This document shows positions 1 through 16,311 of a stretch of 64,000 nt of DNA, one piece after another; the stretch's first letter is position 1, and each line of letters opens with the position of its first letter. The notes under the pieces were generated by a model. It did no database searches and was not told where the DNA came from. It worked only from the letters and a program-made list of their open reading frames with translations. A program made the translations under genes and the position numbers. Origin of the DNA: Escherichia coli (GTDB lineage Bacteria > Pseudomonadota > Gammaproteobacteria > Enterobacterales > Enterobacteriaceae); the NCBI RefSeq assembly GCF_003334765.1, contig NZ_QOWT01000011.1, one strand, 5' to 3'.

Positions 1-99
1 AAAGGTTCGGCAAAGAATAGACGCGGCAAAAACCAGGCGGTCGGCACTGTAAACGACCAAAAGTAAACCAACAATTAACAGTGCCGTAGCTAAAAGCAT
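1..99 (-). CDS. yrbG: 5' end (first 33 codons) of inner-membrane cation/Ca2+ antiporter-family protein YrbG; rest lies outside the window
   Basis: Reverse complement of 1..99 reads ATG-initiated MLLATALLIVGLLLVVYSADRLVFAASILCRTF, a hydrophobic N-terminus I recognise as YrbG; divergent from mlaF. Not in ORF track because truncated. Confidence 0.55.
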   Translation of the reverse strand, partial: MLLATALLIVGLLLVVYSADRLVFAASILCRTF

Positions 100-308
100 C
101 TAACGTCCTTTCTTCAGGTATACTCGCCGGTCCGCTGAAGATTTTCAGAAAGCCGTAACGGATGCTTAATTTTGACTTTATGCGGCTAAAAAGTAAAACA
201 AATGCCAGCTTTCGCTAACCACGGCGGGTAATATTCTGTAAATATGTTGGGTTCAAGGTTAAATTGAGCGCCATGCTTAGAAAATCAACGCAAGACGAAG
301 GGTGAATT

Positions 309-1908
<1,600 letters not shown>

Positions 1909-1912
1909 GTTC

Positions 1913-2464
1913 ATGCAAACGAAAAAAAATGAAATTTGGGTGGGTATCTTTTTATTAGCAGCACTGCTGGCGGCGCTGTTTGTTTGCCTGAAGGCGGCGA
2001 ACGTGACGTCCATACGTACTGAACCGACCTACACGCTTTATGCGACGTTCGATAACATTGGCGGCCTGAAAGCGCGCTCTCCGGTCAGTATTGGTGGCGT
2101 TGTTGTGGGTCGGGTGGCGGATATTACGCTGGACCCGAAAACCTATCTGCCGCGCGTAACGCTGGAAATTGAACAACGTTATAACCACATTCCAGATACC
2201 AGTTCGCTGAGCATTCGTACTTCCGGCCTGCTGGGGGAACAATATCTGGCATTAAACGTCGGTTTTGAAGACCCGGAACTGGGGACTGCTATCCTGAAGG
2301 ATGGCGATACAATTCAGGACACTAAGTCTGCGATGGTGCTGGAAGATCTCATTGGTCAGTTCCTTTACGGTAGTAAAGGCGATGACAATAAGAATAGTGG
2401 CGATGCGCCAGCTGCTGCGCCAGGTAATAATGAAACCACTGAACCTGTGGGTACAACGAAATAA
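1913..2464 (+). CDS. mlaD: Mla MCE-domain periplasmic subunit MlaD
   Basis: ORF track 1898..2464 starts at a TTG; in-frame ATG at 1913 gives MQTKKNEIWVG... (183 aa) with N-terminal membrane anchor. Confidence 0.9.
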   Translation: MQTKKNEIWVGIFLLAALLAALFVCLKAANVTSIRTEPTYTLYATFDNIGGLKARSPVSIGGVVVGRVADITLDPKTYLPRVTLEIEQRYNHIPDTSSLSIRTSGLLGEQYLALNVGFEDPELGTAILKDGDTIQDTKSAMVLEDLIGQFLYGSKGDDNKNSGDAPAAAPGNNETTEPVGTTK

Positions 2465-3117
<653 letters not shown>

Positions 3118-3118
<1 letters not shown>

Positions 3119-3411
3119 TGAGCGAGTCACTGAGCTGGATGCAGACGGGTGACACGCTGGCGTTATCCGGAGAGCTGGATCAGGACGTTTTGCTACCGCT
3201 TTGGGAAATGCGTGAGGAAGCGGTGAAGGGGATTACCTGCATCGATCTTAGCCGTGTCTCCCGCGTGGATACGGGGGGACTGGCACTGCTGCTCCATCTT
3301 ATCGATCTGGCGAAAAAGCAGGGCAACAATGTGACGCTTCAGGGGGTAAACGACAAAGTGTATACCCTGGCGAAATTGTATAATTTGCCTGCTGATGTTC
3401 TGCCTCGTTAA
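3118..3411 (+). CDS. mlaB: STAS-domain protein MlaB
   Basis: ORF track 3022..3411 has a long N-terminal extension overlapping mlaC; ATG at 3118 overlaps the mlaC stop (TAATG) and gives 97-aa MSESLSWMQTGD... Confidence 0.85.
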
Positions 3412-3570
3412 ATTTTTTCAGGCCGGATATGGCGTTAACCGCCTGTCCGGCAAACCTGCCTGCAAGTCGAGCCTTGTCTGATTTATCAGCGAGGCTTTTT
3501 GCTTATTTATGCCAGCGCAACTTTGCTCTAAGATGTTTCGCTGGTTTATTAACTGATGATTGAAGATCCC

Positions 3571-3825
3571 ATGGAAAATAATGAAATTCAGAGCGTGTTG
3601 ATGAACGCTCTCTCCCTCCAGGAAGTCCACGTTTCCGGCGATGGCAGCCACTTTCAGGTTATTGCCGTGGGTGAGTTGTTTGACGGCATGAGTCGGGTTA
3701 AAAAACAGCAGACGGTCTATGGTCCGCTGATGGAATATATTGCGGATAACCGCATTCATGCTGTGTCGATCAAAGCGTATACCCCTGCGGAGTGGGCGCG
3801 CGATCGCAAACTGAACGGCTTTTGA
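3571..3825 (+). CDS. ibaG: BolA-family acid-stress protein IbaG (YrbA)
   Basis: In-frame ATG at 3571 within ORF 3556..3825; 84 aa [14 protein letters not shown]... Confidence 0.85.
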
Positions 3826-3879
3826 GCTATGGGCGATTCGCCGGTAGCGGATATGAATTGTTAACTGAGAACAAACTAA

Positions 3880-5139
<1,260 letters not shown>

Positions 5140-5155
5140 TCGTCTGAGAGCTGGC

Positions 5156-5173
5156 AGCCCCGTTCGCGGGGCT
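5156..5173. terminator. GC-rich stem-loop between convergent murA and sfsB (agccccg-ttcg-cggggct); likely shared 3' end structure
   Basis: 7-bp perfect stem with tetraloop read directly; no immediately adjacent U-tract on either strand, so efficiency uncertain. Confidence 0.35.
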
Positions 5174-5186
5174 ACCGCCAGACCAC

Positions 5187-5465
5187 TCATTTTTTCGGTT
5201 TAGTGTAGCTACGCATCAACTGCGTTCTGTCGATAAACTCATGGGTCTGCGGATCATGGTAGCGTGATGGCCAGATAACCCAGGGGTCAGTTCCCAGGGC
5301 TTTCGCAATAATCATCTCTCCTTTCGGCCATGGGCGCGATAATGCATTCGCCAGCGTTGAGGAACTCAAACCATTTCTGCGAGATTCCGCCGCCATTGAC
5401 GTTCCCTTCTTGCGCAAACCCGCAATGATGTCAGCGGGATGCCAGTCAATGAAATTACTTTCCAT
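5187..5465 (-). CDS. sfsB: Ner-like DNA-binding protein SfsB (Nlp)
   Basis: ORF track 92 aa, MESNFIDWHPADIIAGLRKKGTSMAAESRRNGLSSSTLANAL... Confidence 0.9.
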   Translation of the reverse strand: MESNFIDWHPADIIAGLRKKGTSMAAESRRNGLSSSTLANALSRPWPKGEMIIAKALGTDPWVIWPSRYHDPQTHEFIDRTQLMRSYTKPKK

Positions 5466-5692
5466 TTTTCCTCACTCCTTAAGTTAGTCGCTTTCATTCA
5501 GAACACTTCTTCTGTCGAGCATCACTATACTCCTGATGGCCTATTGCTCTAAAAAGTTCCTGTAAAGAGTGTGAATATTCAGAATATATAAAGATGCACA
5601 TCCCTATTTTTCAGGTGTTATAGAGCTGAATAAGTGTTTTTATGGAACTTACTGGAACCATCCCGCGCGCTGCGCGGGATGAGGGGAGGGGA

Positions 5693-6664
5693 TTAACGAT
5701 CGCGTTGAACAGCGATGTGCGCGAGGCCGATGAGTGCTTCTCGCCAAGGGGTGTCCGGGAGCACCTGTAACGCTGCGATGGCTTTGTCTGCTTCTTCCTC
5801 GGCACGCTGACGCGTCCATTCAAGAGATCCACAAGCGTTCATTGCTTCCAGAACCGGTTCCAGAAGATGGCGACCGTTACCCTGTTCGATGGCGGTACGG
5901 ATCATCTGTGCCTGTTCTGGTGTGCCATGATGCATCGCATGCAGCAGCGGCAGCGTCGGTTTACCTTCGTTCAGATCGTCGCCGACATTTTTACCTAACT
6001 GTTCGCCATCGGCATTGTAATCGAGTAAATCGTCGATCAACTGGAAAGCAGTGCCGAGATAGCGCCCATAATCCTGCAGGCCTTTCTCCTCCTCCGGCGT
6101 ACAGCCAGCCAGAATCCCGGAACACTGCGCGGCAGCCTCAAACAGACGCGCGGTTTTGCTATAGATAACGCGCATGTAGTTTTCTTCAGTGATGTCCGGA
6201 TCGTTAACGTTCATCAGTTGCAGAACTTCACCTTCTGCGATGACGTTTACGGCTTCTGACATGACTTCCAGCACTTTGAGCGAACCGAGGCTGGTCATCA
6301 TCTGGAAAGCGCGGGTATAAATAAAATCGCCTACCAGCACGCTGGCGGCATTGCCAAATGCGGCGTTGGCGGTAGCTTTACCCCTGCGCATATCTGATTC
6401 ATCCACAACGTCGTCGTGTAGCAGAGTCGCCGTGTGGATAAACTCGATCAGGGCAGCAATGGTGACATGCGCATTTCCCTCATAGCCAACAGCTCGTGCA
6501 GCCAGTACAGCAATCATCGGACGAATACGTTTACCGCCGCCGCTGACGATGTAATAGCCTAACTGATTGATCAGTTGGACGTCGGAATTAAGCTGCTCAA
6601 GGATTGCCGCATTAACACCCGCCATATCTTGCGCGGTTAACTCATTGATTTTTTCTAAATTCAT
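5693..6664 (-). CDS. ispB: Octaprenyl diphosphate synthase IspB
   Basis: ORF track 323 aa; both aspartate-rich motifs visible (LLHDDVVDESD and FQLIDDLLDY). Confidence 0.95.
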   Translation of the reverse strand: MNLEKINELTAQDMAGVNAAILEQLNSDVQLINQLGYYIVSGGGKRIRPMIAVLAARAVGYEGNAHVTIAALIEFIHTATLLHDDVVDESDMRRGKATANAAFGNAASVLVGDFIYTRAFQMMTSLGSLKVLEVMSEAVNVIAEGEVLQLMNVNDPDITEENYMRVIYSKTARLFEAAAQCSGILAGCTPEEEKGLQDYGRYLGTAFQLIDDLLDYNADGEQLGKNVGDDLNEGKPTLPLLHAMHHGTPEQAQMIRTAIEQGNGRHLLEPVLEAMNACGSLEWTRQRAEEEADKAIAALQVLPDTPWREALIGLAHIAVQRDR

Positions 6665-6821
6665 CGCAAAAGCCGGGCTTTTCGCCCCGATTACCTTACT
6701 GTGAACAAAGGCAACTTAGGGTTTATGGTTAGGAATATAGGGTGATTGTACTGAAAAAATGGCACAGATAAACGTTACCGTACAAGTTGTGTTTTTTTTC
6801 TTCGTGTATTGACTGTAGCAC

Positions 6822-6850
6822 TTGTCAAAGGCGTGCGTTTTGCGTAATAT
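6822..6850 (+). promoter_or_regulatory. Candidate sigma70 promoter for rplU-rpmA (TTGTCA-17 bp-TAATAT)
   Basis: -35/-10 hexamers with 17-bp spacer read directly, about 70 nt upstream of the rplU ATG. Confidence 0.45.
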
Positions 6851-6886
6851 TCGCGCCCTATTGTGAATATTTATAGCGCACTCTGA

Positions 6887-7512
<626 letters not shown>

Positions 7513-7537
7513 GTTTTTCGCGTCCCGGTAACGGATG

Positions 7538-7568
7538 AAAGCCCCGCAACACGTTGCGGGGCTTTTTA
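7538..7568 (+). terminator. Rho-independent terminator downstream of rpmA
   Basis: gccccgcaa-cacg-ttgcggggc stem-loop followed by TTTTT. Confidence 0.8.
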
Positions 7569-7638
7569 CATTCGATAACCGGTAAAAATGCGCATGGTGC
7601 GACGTTAATCCGCAAATGCGCTTTGCAGGGAATACGGT

Positions 7639-8604
7639 ATGAAGCAGCAGGCAGGCATTGGCATTCTTTTGGCGCTCACCACAGCAATTTGCTGGGGGGC
7701 GTTGCCAATCGCAATGAAGCAGGTGCTGGAGGTGATGGAACCTCCGACAATCGTGTTTTACCGTTTCTTGATGGCGAGTATTGGCCTGGGTGCCATTCTT
7801 GCGGTGAAGAAGAGGTTGCCGCCATTACGCGTGTTTCGTAAGCCACGCTGGTTGATTTTGTTGGCAGTGGCGACCGCCGGGCTGTTTGGGAACTTCATCC
7901 TGTTCAGCTCATCCTTGCAATACCTGAGTCCGACCGCTTCGCAGGTGATTGGGCAACTCTCGCCAGTTGGCATGATGGTTGCCAGCGTATTTATCCTCAA
8001 AGAGAAAATGCGCAGCACTCAGGTTGTAGGGGCATTGATGCTCCTGAGCGGCCTGGTGATGTTTTTTAACACCAGTCTGGTCGAGATATTTACAAAGCTC
8101 ACCGATTACACCTGGGGAGTTATCTTTGGGGTCGGTGCGGCGACGGTTTGGGTGAGTTATGGCGTGGCGCAAAAGGTTTTATTGCGTCGGCTGGCCTCAC
8201 CGCAGATCCTGTTTTTACTGTACACTTTATGTACAATTGCGCTCTTCCCTCTGGCAAAGCCTGGAGTGATAGCGCAGCTTAGCCACTGGCAGCTCGCATG
8301 TTTAATTTTTTGCGGACTGAATACCTTGGTAGGATATGGCGCCCTGGCGGAAGCGATGGCTCGCTGGCAGGCAGCGCAGGTGAGCGCGATCATCACGCTC
8401 ACCCCACTGTTTACGCTGTTTTTTTCAGATCTTTTATCACTGGCCTGGCCCGATTTCTTCGCCAGACCGATGTTAAACCTTTTAGGTTATCTCGGTGCGT
8501 TTGTCGTGGTTGCGGGCGCGATGTATTCCGCCATTGGTCATCGTATTTGGGGCGGATTACGTAAGCATACAACGGTGGTATCGCAACCCCGCGCAGGCGA
8601 ATGA
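7639..8604 (+). CDS. yhbE: EamA/DMT-family inner-membrane transporter YhbE
   Basis: ORF track 321 aa, ten hydrophobic segments. Confidence 0.9.
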   Translation: MKQQAGIGILLALTTAICWGALPIAMKQVLEVMEPPTIVFYRFLMASIGLGAILAVKKRLPPLRVFRKPRWLILLAVATAGLFGNFILFSSSLQYLSPTASQVIGQLSPVGMMVASVFILKEKMRSTQVVGALMLLSGLVMFFNTSLVEIFTKLTDYTWGVIFGVGAATVWVSYGVAQKVLLRRLASPQILFLLYTLCTIALFPLAKPGVIAQLSHWQLACLIFCGLNTLVGYGALAEAMARWQAAQVSAIITLTPLFTLFFSDLLSLAWPDFFARPMLNLLGYLGAFVVVAGAMYSAIGHRIWGGLRKHTTVVSQPRAGE

Positions 8605-9792
<1,188 letters not shown>

Positions 9793-9816
9793 TCACTGAT
9801 GATAAACGCCAAATCA

Positions 9817-9914
<98 letters not shown>

Positions 9915-9944
9915 ATAAACAAAGCGCACTTTGTCAATAATCTG

Positions 9945-9975
9945 AAGCCCCGGCCATGTGCCGGGGTTTCTTTTT
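9945..9975 (+). terminator. Rho-independent terminator ending the obgE transcript
   Basis: ccccggc-catgt-gccgggg hairpin followed by TTTCTTTTT. Confidence 0.75.
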
Positions 9976-9977
9976 GA

Positions 9978-11411
9978 CTAATTGTTCTGATAAATATCTT
10001 TATACAAACGGCTTTCAAAACGCACTAACGGAATACGGCGATTACGCTGATCCGCAGGTTCTACTGCATAGCCAGAAAGATATTGCACAAACGCCATTCG
10101 TTGCCCGCTCGCTGTGGTAATGAATCCCGCCAGGTTATATACCCCCTGCAACGAACCGGTTTTCGCTGAGACTTTTCCATCCACGCCCGCCTGATGCAGA
10201 CCTGCACGGTACTGCAAAGAGCCGTCATAGCCCGCCAGCGGCAGCATGGAGATAAAGTTAAGTTCATTGTCGTGTTGGGCAATGTATTGCAGCACCTGCA
10301 TCATGGTGGCGGGGGCAATCAGGTTATGCCGCGAAAGCCCTGAACCATCGGCAATAATGGTGTTTCCAATATCGACACCGGCTTGCTGGCGCAGGATCTG
10401 ACGCACGGCGTCCGACCCGGCCCGCCATGTTCCAGGCACATTGAAGCGCGCATGGCCTATCATGCGGAAAACCGTATCGGCGATCATGTTGTCCGACTTT
10501 TTCAGCATAATCTTAAGCAGATCGTGCAGCGGGGCCGACTGTTTACTGGCAACTACCGTTCCAGGTTCGTTAACCTGAGTCTGGCGCAGCAGTGTTCCGC
10601 TCCAGGTGATACCCGCCTGTTTTAACTCATCTTTCAGAATTGCACCGGCATAGCTGGCTCCATCCTGCACGGCAAAAGCCAACGGGAGCGGCTCAGAACG
10701 TTGTGGCAGGCATCCCGTCAGCGTAAAGCGGTTCAGGTCGCCTGGCACCACATCCAGTTCGCAGTATTGCGCTTCGGCAGAACCACGGGGGAGGGTGCGT
10801 ACCTGGCTGAACATCGTAACGGGGTAATAAGATGCCACGCGTATAAAAGCCATATCACCAGGCTTTGGGGCACTGTAGAGCGAGACGGAGAAACAGTTGC
10901 GGTCAACTATGGCGGCGGCAGGCGGAGCGCTAAAGCATTGTGTCATGTCATTCCATGGCCAGCCGGGGGCTTTATCGTGGCTGGCGAAAATGGAGGTATC
11001 TATCAACACATTGCCATCGATTTGGTTGACGCCAGATTTTTTCAAAGTCGCGACCATATTGCGAATATCCTGACGTTTTAACGTCGGATCGGCACCAAAT
11101 CGCGCCACTAAGTCACCCTTAAGTACGCCGTTTTCCACATTGCCTTTGGTTTCAAGCGTCGTGGTAAAACGAAAATCGGGGCCGAGTTGAATCAACGCCG
11201 CCAGCGCAGTAATCACTTTCTGGGTACTGGCAGGCAGCGCCATCTGCTGACTGTGGTAATCAATAGCGGGGGCCGACGCGCCGACTTTTTGCACCATCAG
11301 GGCAAGGTTGGCACCAGCGGGGAGTTGAGTAATGTACTCATCAACATTTGCGGCCTGAACACTGAACGCTATACAGCTGGTCAATCCGATGATAAATCTG
11401 GAAAATCGCAT
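9978..11411 (-). CDS. dacB: D-alanyl-D-alanine carboxypeptidase/endopeptidase PBP4 (DacB)
   Basis: ORF track 477 aa; signal peptide, SxxK motif (ASTQK). Confidence 0.95.
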   Translation of the reverse strand: MRFSRFIIGLTSCIAFSVQAANVDEYITQLPAGANLALMVQKVGASAPAIDYHSQQMALPASTQKVITALAALIQLGPDFRFTTTLETKGNVENGVLKGDLVARFGADPTLKRQDIRNMVATLKKSGVNQIDGNVLIDTSIFASHDKAPGWPWNDMTQCFSAPPAAAIVDRNCFSVSLYSAPKPGDMAFIRVASYYPVTMFSQVRTLPRGSAEAQYCELDVVPGDLNRFTLTGCLPQRSEPLPLAFAVQDGASYAGAILKDELKQAGITWSGTLLRQTQVNEPGTVVASKQSAPLHDLLKIMLKKSDNMIADTVFRMIGHARFNVPGTWRAGSDAVRQILRQQAGVDIGNTIIADGSGLSRHNLIAPATMMQVLQYIAQHDNELNFISMLPLAGYDGSLQYRAGLHQAGVDGKVSAKTGSLQGVYNLAGFITTASGQRMAFVQYLSGYAVEPADQRNRRIPLVRFESRLYKDIYQNN

Positions 11412-11530
11412 AATCTCGCGCTAACAACCTGGAATCGAGCCGTCATACTACGGCGCAACGCCCTATAAAGTAAACGATGACCCTTCGGGAACTTCAGGGT
11501 AAAATGACTATCAAAATGTGAATTGTAGCT

Positions 11531-11564
11531 GACCTGGGACTTGTACCCGGGTCGGTATTTTTTT
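11531..11564 (+). terminator. Intrinsic terminator/attenuator within the greA leader (gives the short GraL leader transcript)
   Basis: gacctggg-acttgta-cccgggtc stem-loop followed by T7 run, about 95 nt upstream of the greA ATG; GraL assignment is from memory. Confidence 0.55.
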
Positions 11565-11658
11565 GCTTCTGGTCCCGGTAAGGAGTTATGCCGGGCAGGC
11601 CGAACAGCCGGGGTGGGTGAAGACTTGCCCTATCAGGAATATTCAAGAGGTATAACAA

Positions 11659-12135
<477 letters not shown>

Positions 12136-12175
12136 GAATTACCCAATACTCAAGATGTTGATGTATTGTAAAGAA

Positions 12176-12204
12176 AGGAAAAAGGCCGCTATGCGGCCTT
12201 TTAT
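12176..12204. terminator. Bidirectional rho-independent terminator between convergent greA and yhbY
   Basis: A-run, aaaggccgc-tat-gcggccttt hairpin, T-run. Confidence 0.7.
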
Positions 12205-12290
12205 CAACGAACAGAGCGTGGCATTTTGCTCTCCTGCCTGCGGAAAACCCCTCGTTTTACACAGCAAATGTGTGTAACTTTAGGATAATC

Positions 12291-12584
12291 TTAGCGTGGC
12301 AGCGAGATTTTACGTTCTTTAGTTGGGCGATAAAGCACCAGCGTTTTACCGATGACCTGTACATTACAGGCGCCGGTTTCGCGCACGATAGCTTCCACGA
12401 TCAAGGTTTTAGTTTCGCGATCTTCGGTGGCGATTTTCACCTTGATGAGTTCATGGTGCTCTAACGCTTGTTCAATCTCGGCCAGCACCCCTTCGGTCAA
12501 ACCATTACTGCCAAGCAGAACAACTGGCTTGAGCGGATGTGCCAGACCTTTCAGGTGCTGTTTTTGTTTAGTACTCAGATTCAT
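12291..12584 (-). CDS. yhbY: CRS1/YhbY-type RNA-binding ribosome assembly protein
   Basis: ORF track 97 aa MNLSTKQKQHLKGLAHPLKPVVLLGSNGLTEGV... Confidence 0.93.
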   Translation of the reverse strand: MNLSTKQKQHLKGLAHPLKPVVLLGSNGLTEGVLAEIEQALEHHELIKVKIATEDRETKTLIVEAIVRETGACNVQVIGKTLVLYRPTKERKISLPR

Positions 12585-12709
12585 CGTATTTTTTGCTTAC
12601 GTTGGGATTGAAAACGGGTCATTCTACCGCCATCTCCCATATATCACCAAATAGGCGCGTAAAAATTTACGCAATTGGTTACGATGAGTTATCCCCATGG
12701 GAAAGTTAA

Positions 12710-13339
12710 ATGACAGGTAAGAAGCGTTCTGCCAGCTCCAGCCGCTGGCTTCAGGAACACTTTAGCGATAAATATGTTCAACAGGCACAGAAAAAGGGGT
12801 TACGTTCCCGTGCCTGGTTTAAACTTGATGAAATACAGCAAAGTGACAAACTCTTTAAACCGGGAATGACGGTTGTCGACCTTGGTGCTGCTCCGGGTGG
12901 TTGGTCACAATATGTGGTCACCCAAATTGGCGGCAAAGGCCGCATCATCGCTTGCGATCTTTTACCTATGGATCCTATCGTTGGTGTGGACTTTCTTCAG
13001 GGCGATTTTCGTGATGAACTGGTGATGAAAGCACTGCTGGAGCGCGTTGGCGACAGCAAAGTCCAGGTTGTCATGTCCGATATGGCACCAAACATGAGCG
13101 GAACACCGGCGGTGGATATCCCCCGTGCCATGTATCTGGTGGAACTGGCGCTAGAAATGTGTCGTGATGTATTAGCGCCAGGTGGCAGTTTTGTAGTGAA
13201 GGTGTTCCAGGGCGAAGGTTTCGATGAGTATCTAAGGGAAATTCGCTCCCTGTTTACGAAGGTCAAAGTTCGTAAGCCGGACTCTTCTCGTGCACGTTCG
13301 CGGGAAGTGTATATTGTAGCGACCGGGCGTAAACCCTAA
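12710..13339 (+). CDS. rlmE: 23S rRNA (uridine2552-2'-O)-methyltransferase RlmE (FtsJ)
   Basis: ORF track 209 aa; SAM-binding motif [11 protein letters not shown]. Confidence 0.96.
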
Positions 13340-13438
13340 CCGGGAGATTTCAGACGAAAGTTTGAAAGATGCTGGATATAGAGTATCCTGACGCTGTTTT
13401 TAACACAGTTGTAATAAGAGGTTAATCCCTTGAGTGAC

Positions 13439-15373
13439 ATGGCGAAAAACCTAATACTCTGGCTGGTCATTGCCGTTGTGCTGATGTCAGTATTCCAGAG
13501 CTTTGGGCCCAGCGAGTCTAATGGCCGTAAGGTGGATTACTCTACCTTCCTACAAGAGGTCAATAACGACCAGGTTCGTGAAGCGCGTATCAACGGACGT
13601 GAAATCAACGTTACCAAGAAAGATAGTAACCGTTATACCACTTACATTCCGGTTCAGGATCCGAAATTACTGGATAACCTGTTGACCAAGAACGTCAAGG
13701 TTGTCGGTGAACCGCCTGAAGAACCAAGCCTGCTGGCTTCTATCTTCATCTCCTGGTTCCCGATGCTGTTGCTGATTGGTGTCTGGATCTTCTTCATGCG
13801 TCAAATGCAGGGCGGCGGTGGCAAAGGTGCCATGTCGTTTGGTAAGAGCAAAGCGCGCATGCTGACGGAAGATCAGATCAAAACGACCTTTGCTGACGTT
13901 GCGGGCTGCGACGAAGCAAAAGAAGAAGTTGCTGAACTGGTTGAGTATCTGCGCGAGCCGAGCCGCTTCCAGAAACTCGGCGGTAAGATCCCGAAAGGCG
14001 TCTTGATGGTCGGTCCTCCGGGTACCGGTAAAACGCTGCTGGCGAAAGCGATTGCAGGCGAAGCGAAAGTTCCGTTCTTTACTATCTCCGGTTCTGACTT
14101 CGTAGAAATGTTCGTCGGTGTGGGTGCATCCCGTGTTCGTGACATGTTCGAACAGGCGAAGAAAGCGGCACCGTGCATCATCTTTATCGATGAAATCGAC
14201 GCCGTAGGCCGCCAGCGTGGCGCTGGTCTGGGCGGTGGTCACGATGAACGTGAACAGACTCTGAACCAGATGCTGGTTGAGATGGATGGCTTCGAAGGTA
14301 ACGAAGGTATCATCGTTATCGCCGCGACTAACCGTCCGGACGTTCTCGACCCGGCCCTGCTGCGTCCTGGCCGTTTCGACCGTCAGGTTGTGGTCGGCTT
14401 GCCAGATGTTCGCGGTCGTGAGCAGATCCTGAAAGTTCACATGCGTCGCGTACCATTGGCACCCGATATCGACGCGGCAATCATTGCCCGTGGTACTCCT
14501 GGTTTCTCCGGTGCTGACCTGGCGAACCTGGTGAACGAAGCGGCACTGTTCGCTGCTCGTGGCAACAAACGCGTTGTGTCGATGGTTGAGTTCGAGAAAG
14601 CGAAAGACAAAATCATGATGGGTGCGGAACGTCGCTCCATGGTGATGACGGAAGCGCAGAAAGAATCGACGGCTTACCACGAAGCGGGTCATGCGATTAT
14701 CGGTCGCCTGGTGCCGGAACACGATCCGGTGCACAAAGTGACGATTATCCCACGCGGTCGTGCGCTGGGTGTGACTTTCTTCTTGCCTGAGGGCGACGCA
14801 ATCAGCGCCAGCCGTCAGAAACTGGAAAGCCAGATTTCTACGCTGTACGGTGGTCGTCTGGCAGAAGAGATCATCTACGGGCCGGAACATGTATCTACCG
14901 GTGCGTCCAACGATATTAAAGTTGCGACCAACCTGGCACGTAACATGGTGACTCAGTGGGGCTTCTCTGAGAAATTGGGTCCACTGCTGTACGCGGAAGA
15001 AGAAGGTGAAGTGTTCCTCGGCCGTAGCGTAGCGAAAGCGAAACATATGTCCGATGAAACTGCACGTATCATCGACCAGGAAGTGAAAGCACTGATTGAG
15101 CGTAACTATAATCGTGCGCGTCAGCTTCTGACCGACAATATGGATATTCTGCATGCGATGAAAGATGCTCTCATGAAATATGAGACTATCGACGCACCGC
15201 AGATTGATGACCTGATGGCACGTCGCGATGTACGTCCGCCAGCGGGCTGGGAAGAACCAGGCGCTTCTAACAATTCTGGCGACAATGGTAGTCCAAAGGC
15301 TCCTCGTCCGGTTGATGAACCGCGTACGCCGAACCCGGGTAACACCATGTCAGAGCAGTTAGGCGACAAGTAA
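13439..15373 (+). CDS. ftsH: ATP-dependent zinc metalloprotease FtsH (HflB)
   Basis: ORF track 13430..15373 starts at TTG; ATG at 13439 gives 644 aa [15 protein letters not shown]...; Walker A GPPGTGKT, zinc motif HEAGH. Confidence 0.95.
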
Positions 15374-15404
15374 GTTCCCGCATCAGATGACTGTATTTGT
15401 ACCG

Positions 15405-15435
15405 AAAACCCCGGGGCGTGCTCCGGGGTTTTTTC
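15405..15435 (+). terminator. Rho-independent (probably partial) terminator downstream of ftsH
   Basis: ccccgg-(8-nt loop)-ccgggg hairpin followed by TTTTTT. Confidence 0.7.
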
Positions 15436-15462
15436 TTATCAATTCATACCAGGGATAACATC

Positions 15463-16311
15463 ATGAAACTCTTTGCCCAGGGTACTTCACTGGACCTTAG
15501 CCATCCTCACGTAATGGGGATCCTCAACGTCACGCCTGATTCCTTTTCGGATGGTGGCACGCATAACTCGCTGATAGATGCGGTGAAACATGCGAATCTG
15601 ATGATCAACGCTGGCGCGACGATCATTGACGTTGGTGGCGAGTCCACGCGCCCAGGGGCGGCGGAAGTTAGCGTTGAAGAAGAGTTGCAACGTGTTATTC
15701 CTGTGGTTGAGGCAATTGCTCAACGCTTCGAAGTCTGGATCTCAGTCGATACATCCAAACCAGAAGTCATCCGTGAGTCAGCGAAAGTTGGCGCTCACAT
15801 TATTAATGATATCCGCTCCCTTTCCGAACCTGGCGCTCTGGAGGCGGCTGCAGAAACCGGTTTACCGGTTTGTCTGATGCATATGCAGGGAAATCCAAAA
15901 ACCATGCAGGAAGCTCCGAAGTATGACGATGTCTTTGCAGAAGTGAATCGCTACTTTATTGAGCAAATAGCACGTTGCGAGCAGGCGGGTATCGCAAAAG
16001 AGAAATTGTTGCTCGACCCCGGATTCGGTTTCGGTAAAAATCTCTCCCATAACTATTCATTACTGGCGCGCCTGGCTGAATTTCACCATTTCAACCTGCC
16101 GCTGTTGGTGGGTATGTCACGAAAATCGATGATTGGGCAGCTGCTGAACGTGGGGCCGTCCGAGCGCCTGAGCGGTAGTCTGGCCTGTGCGGTCATTGCC
16201 GCAATGCAAGGCGCGCACATCATTCGTGTTCATGACGTCAAAGAAACCGTAGAAGCGATGCGGGTGGTGGAAGCCACTCTGTCTGCAAAGGAAAACAAAC
16301 GCTATGAGTAA
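15463..16311 (+). CDS. folP: Dihydropteroate synthase FolP
   Basis: In-frame ATG at 15463 within ORF 15397..16311; 282 aa [32 protein letters not shown]... Confidence 0.95.

Noticed and set aside
13667-15154. 495-aa minus-strand ORF antisense to ftsH; similar long antisense ORFs inside nusA (23034..24503), infB (25716..27431), pnp (29929..31404), argG (20691..21764), obgE (8557..9348) and mlaC (2495..3130)
   Set aside because: Each lies wholly inside a well-supported gene on the other strand, and the translations are low-complexity (R/H/F/C-rich) with no recognisable domains. These are shadow ORFs of codon-biased genes.
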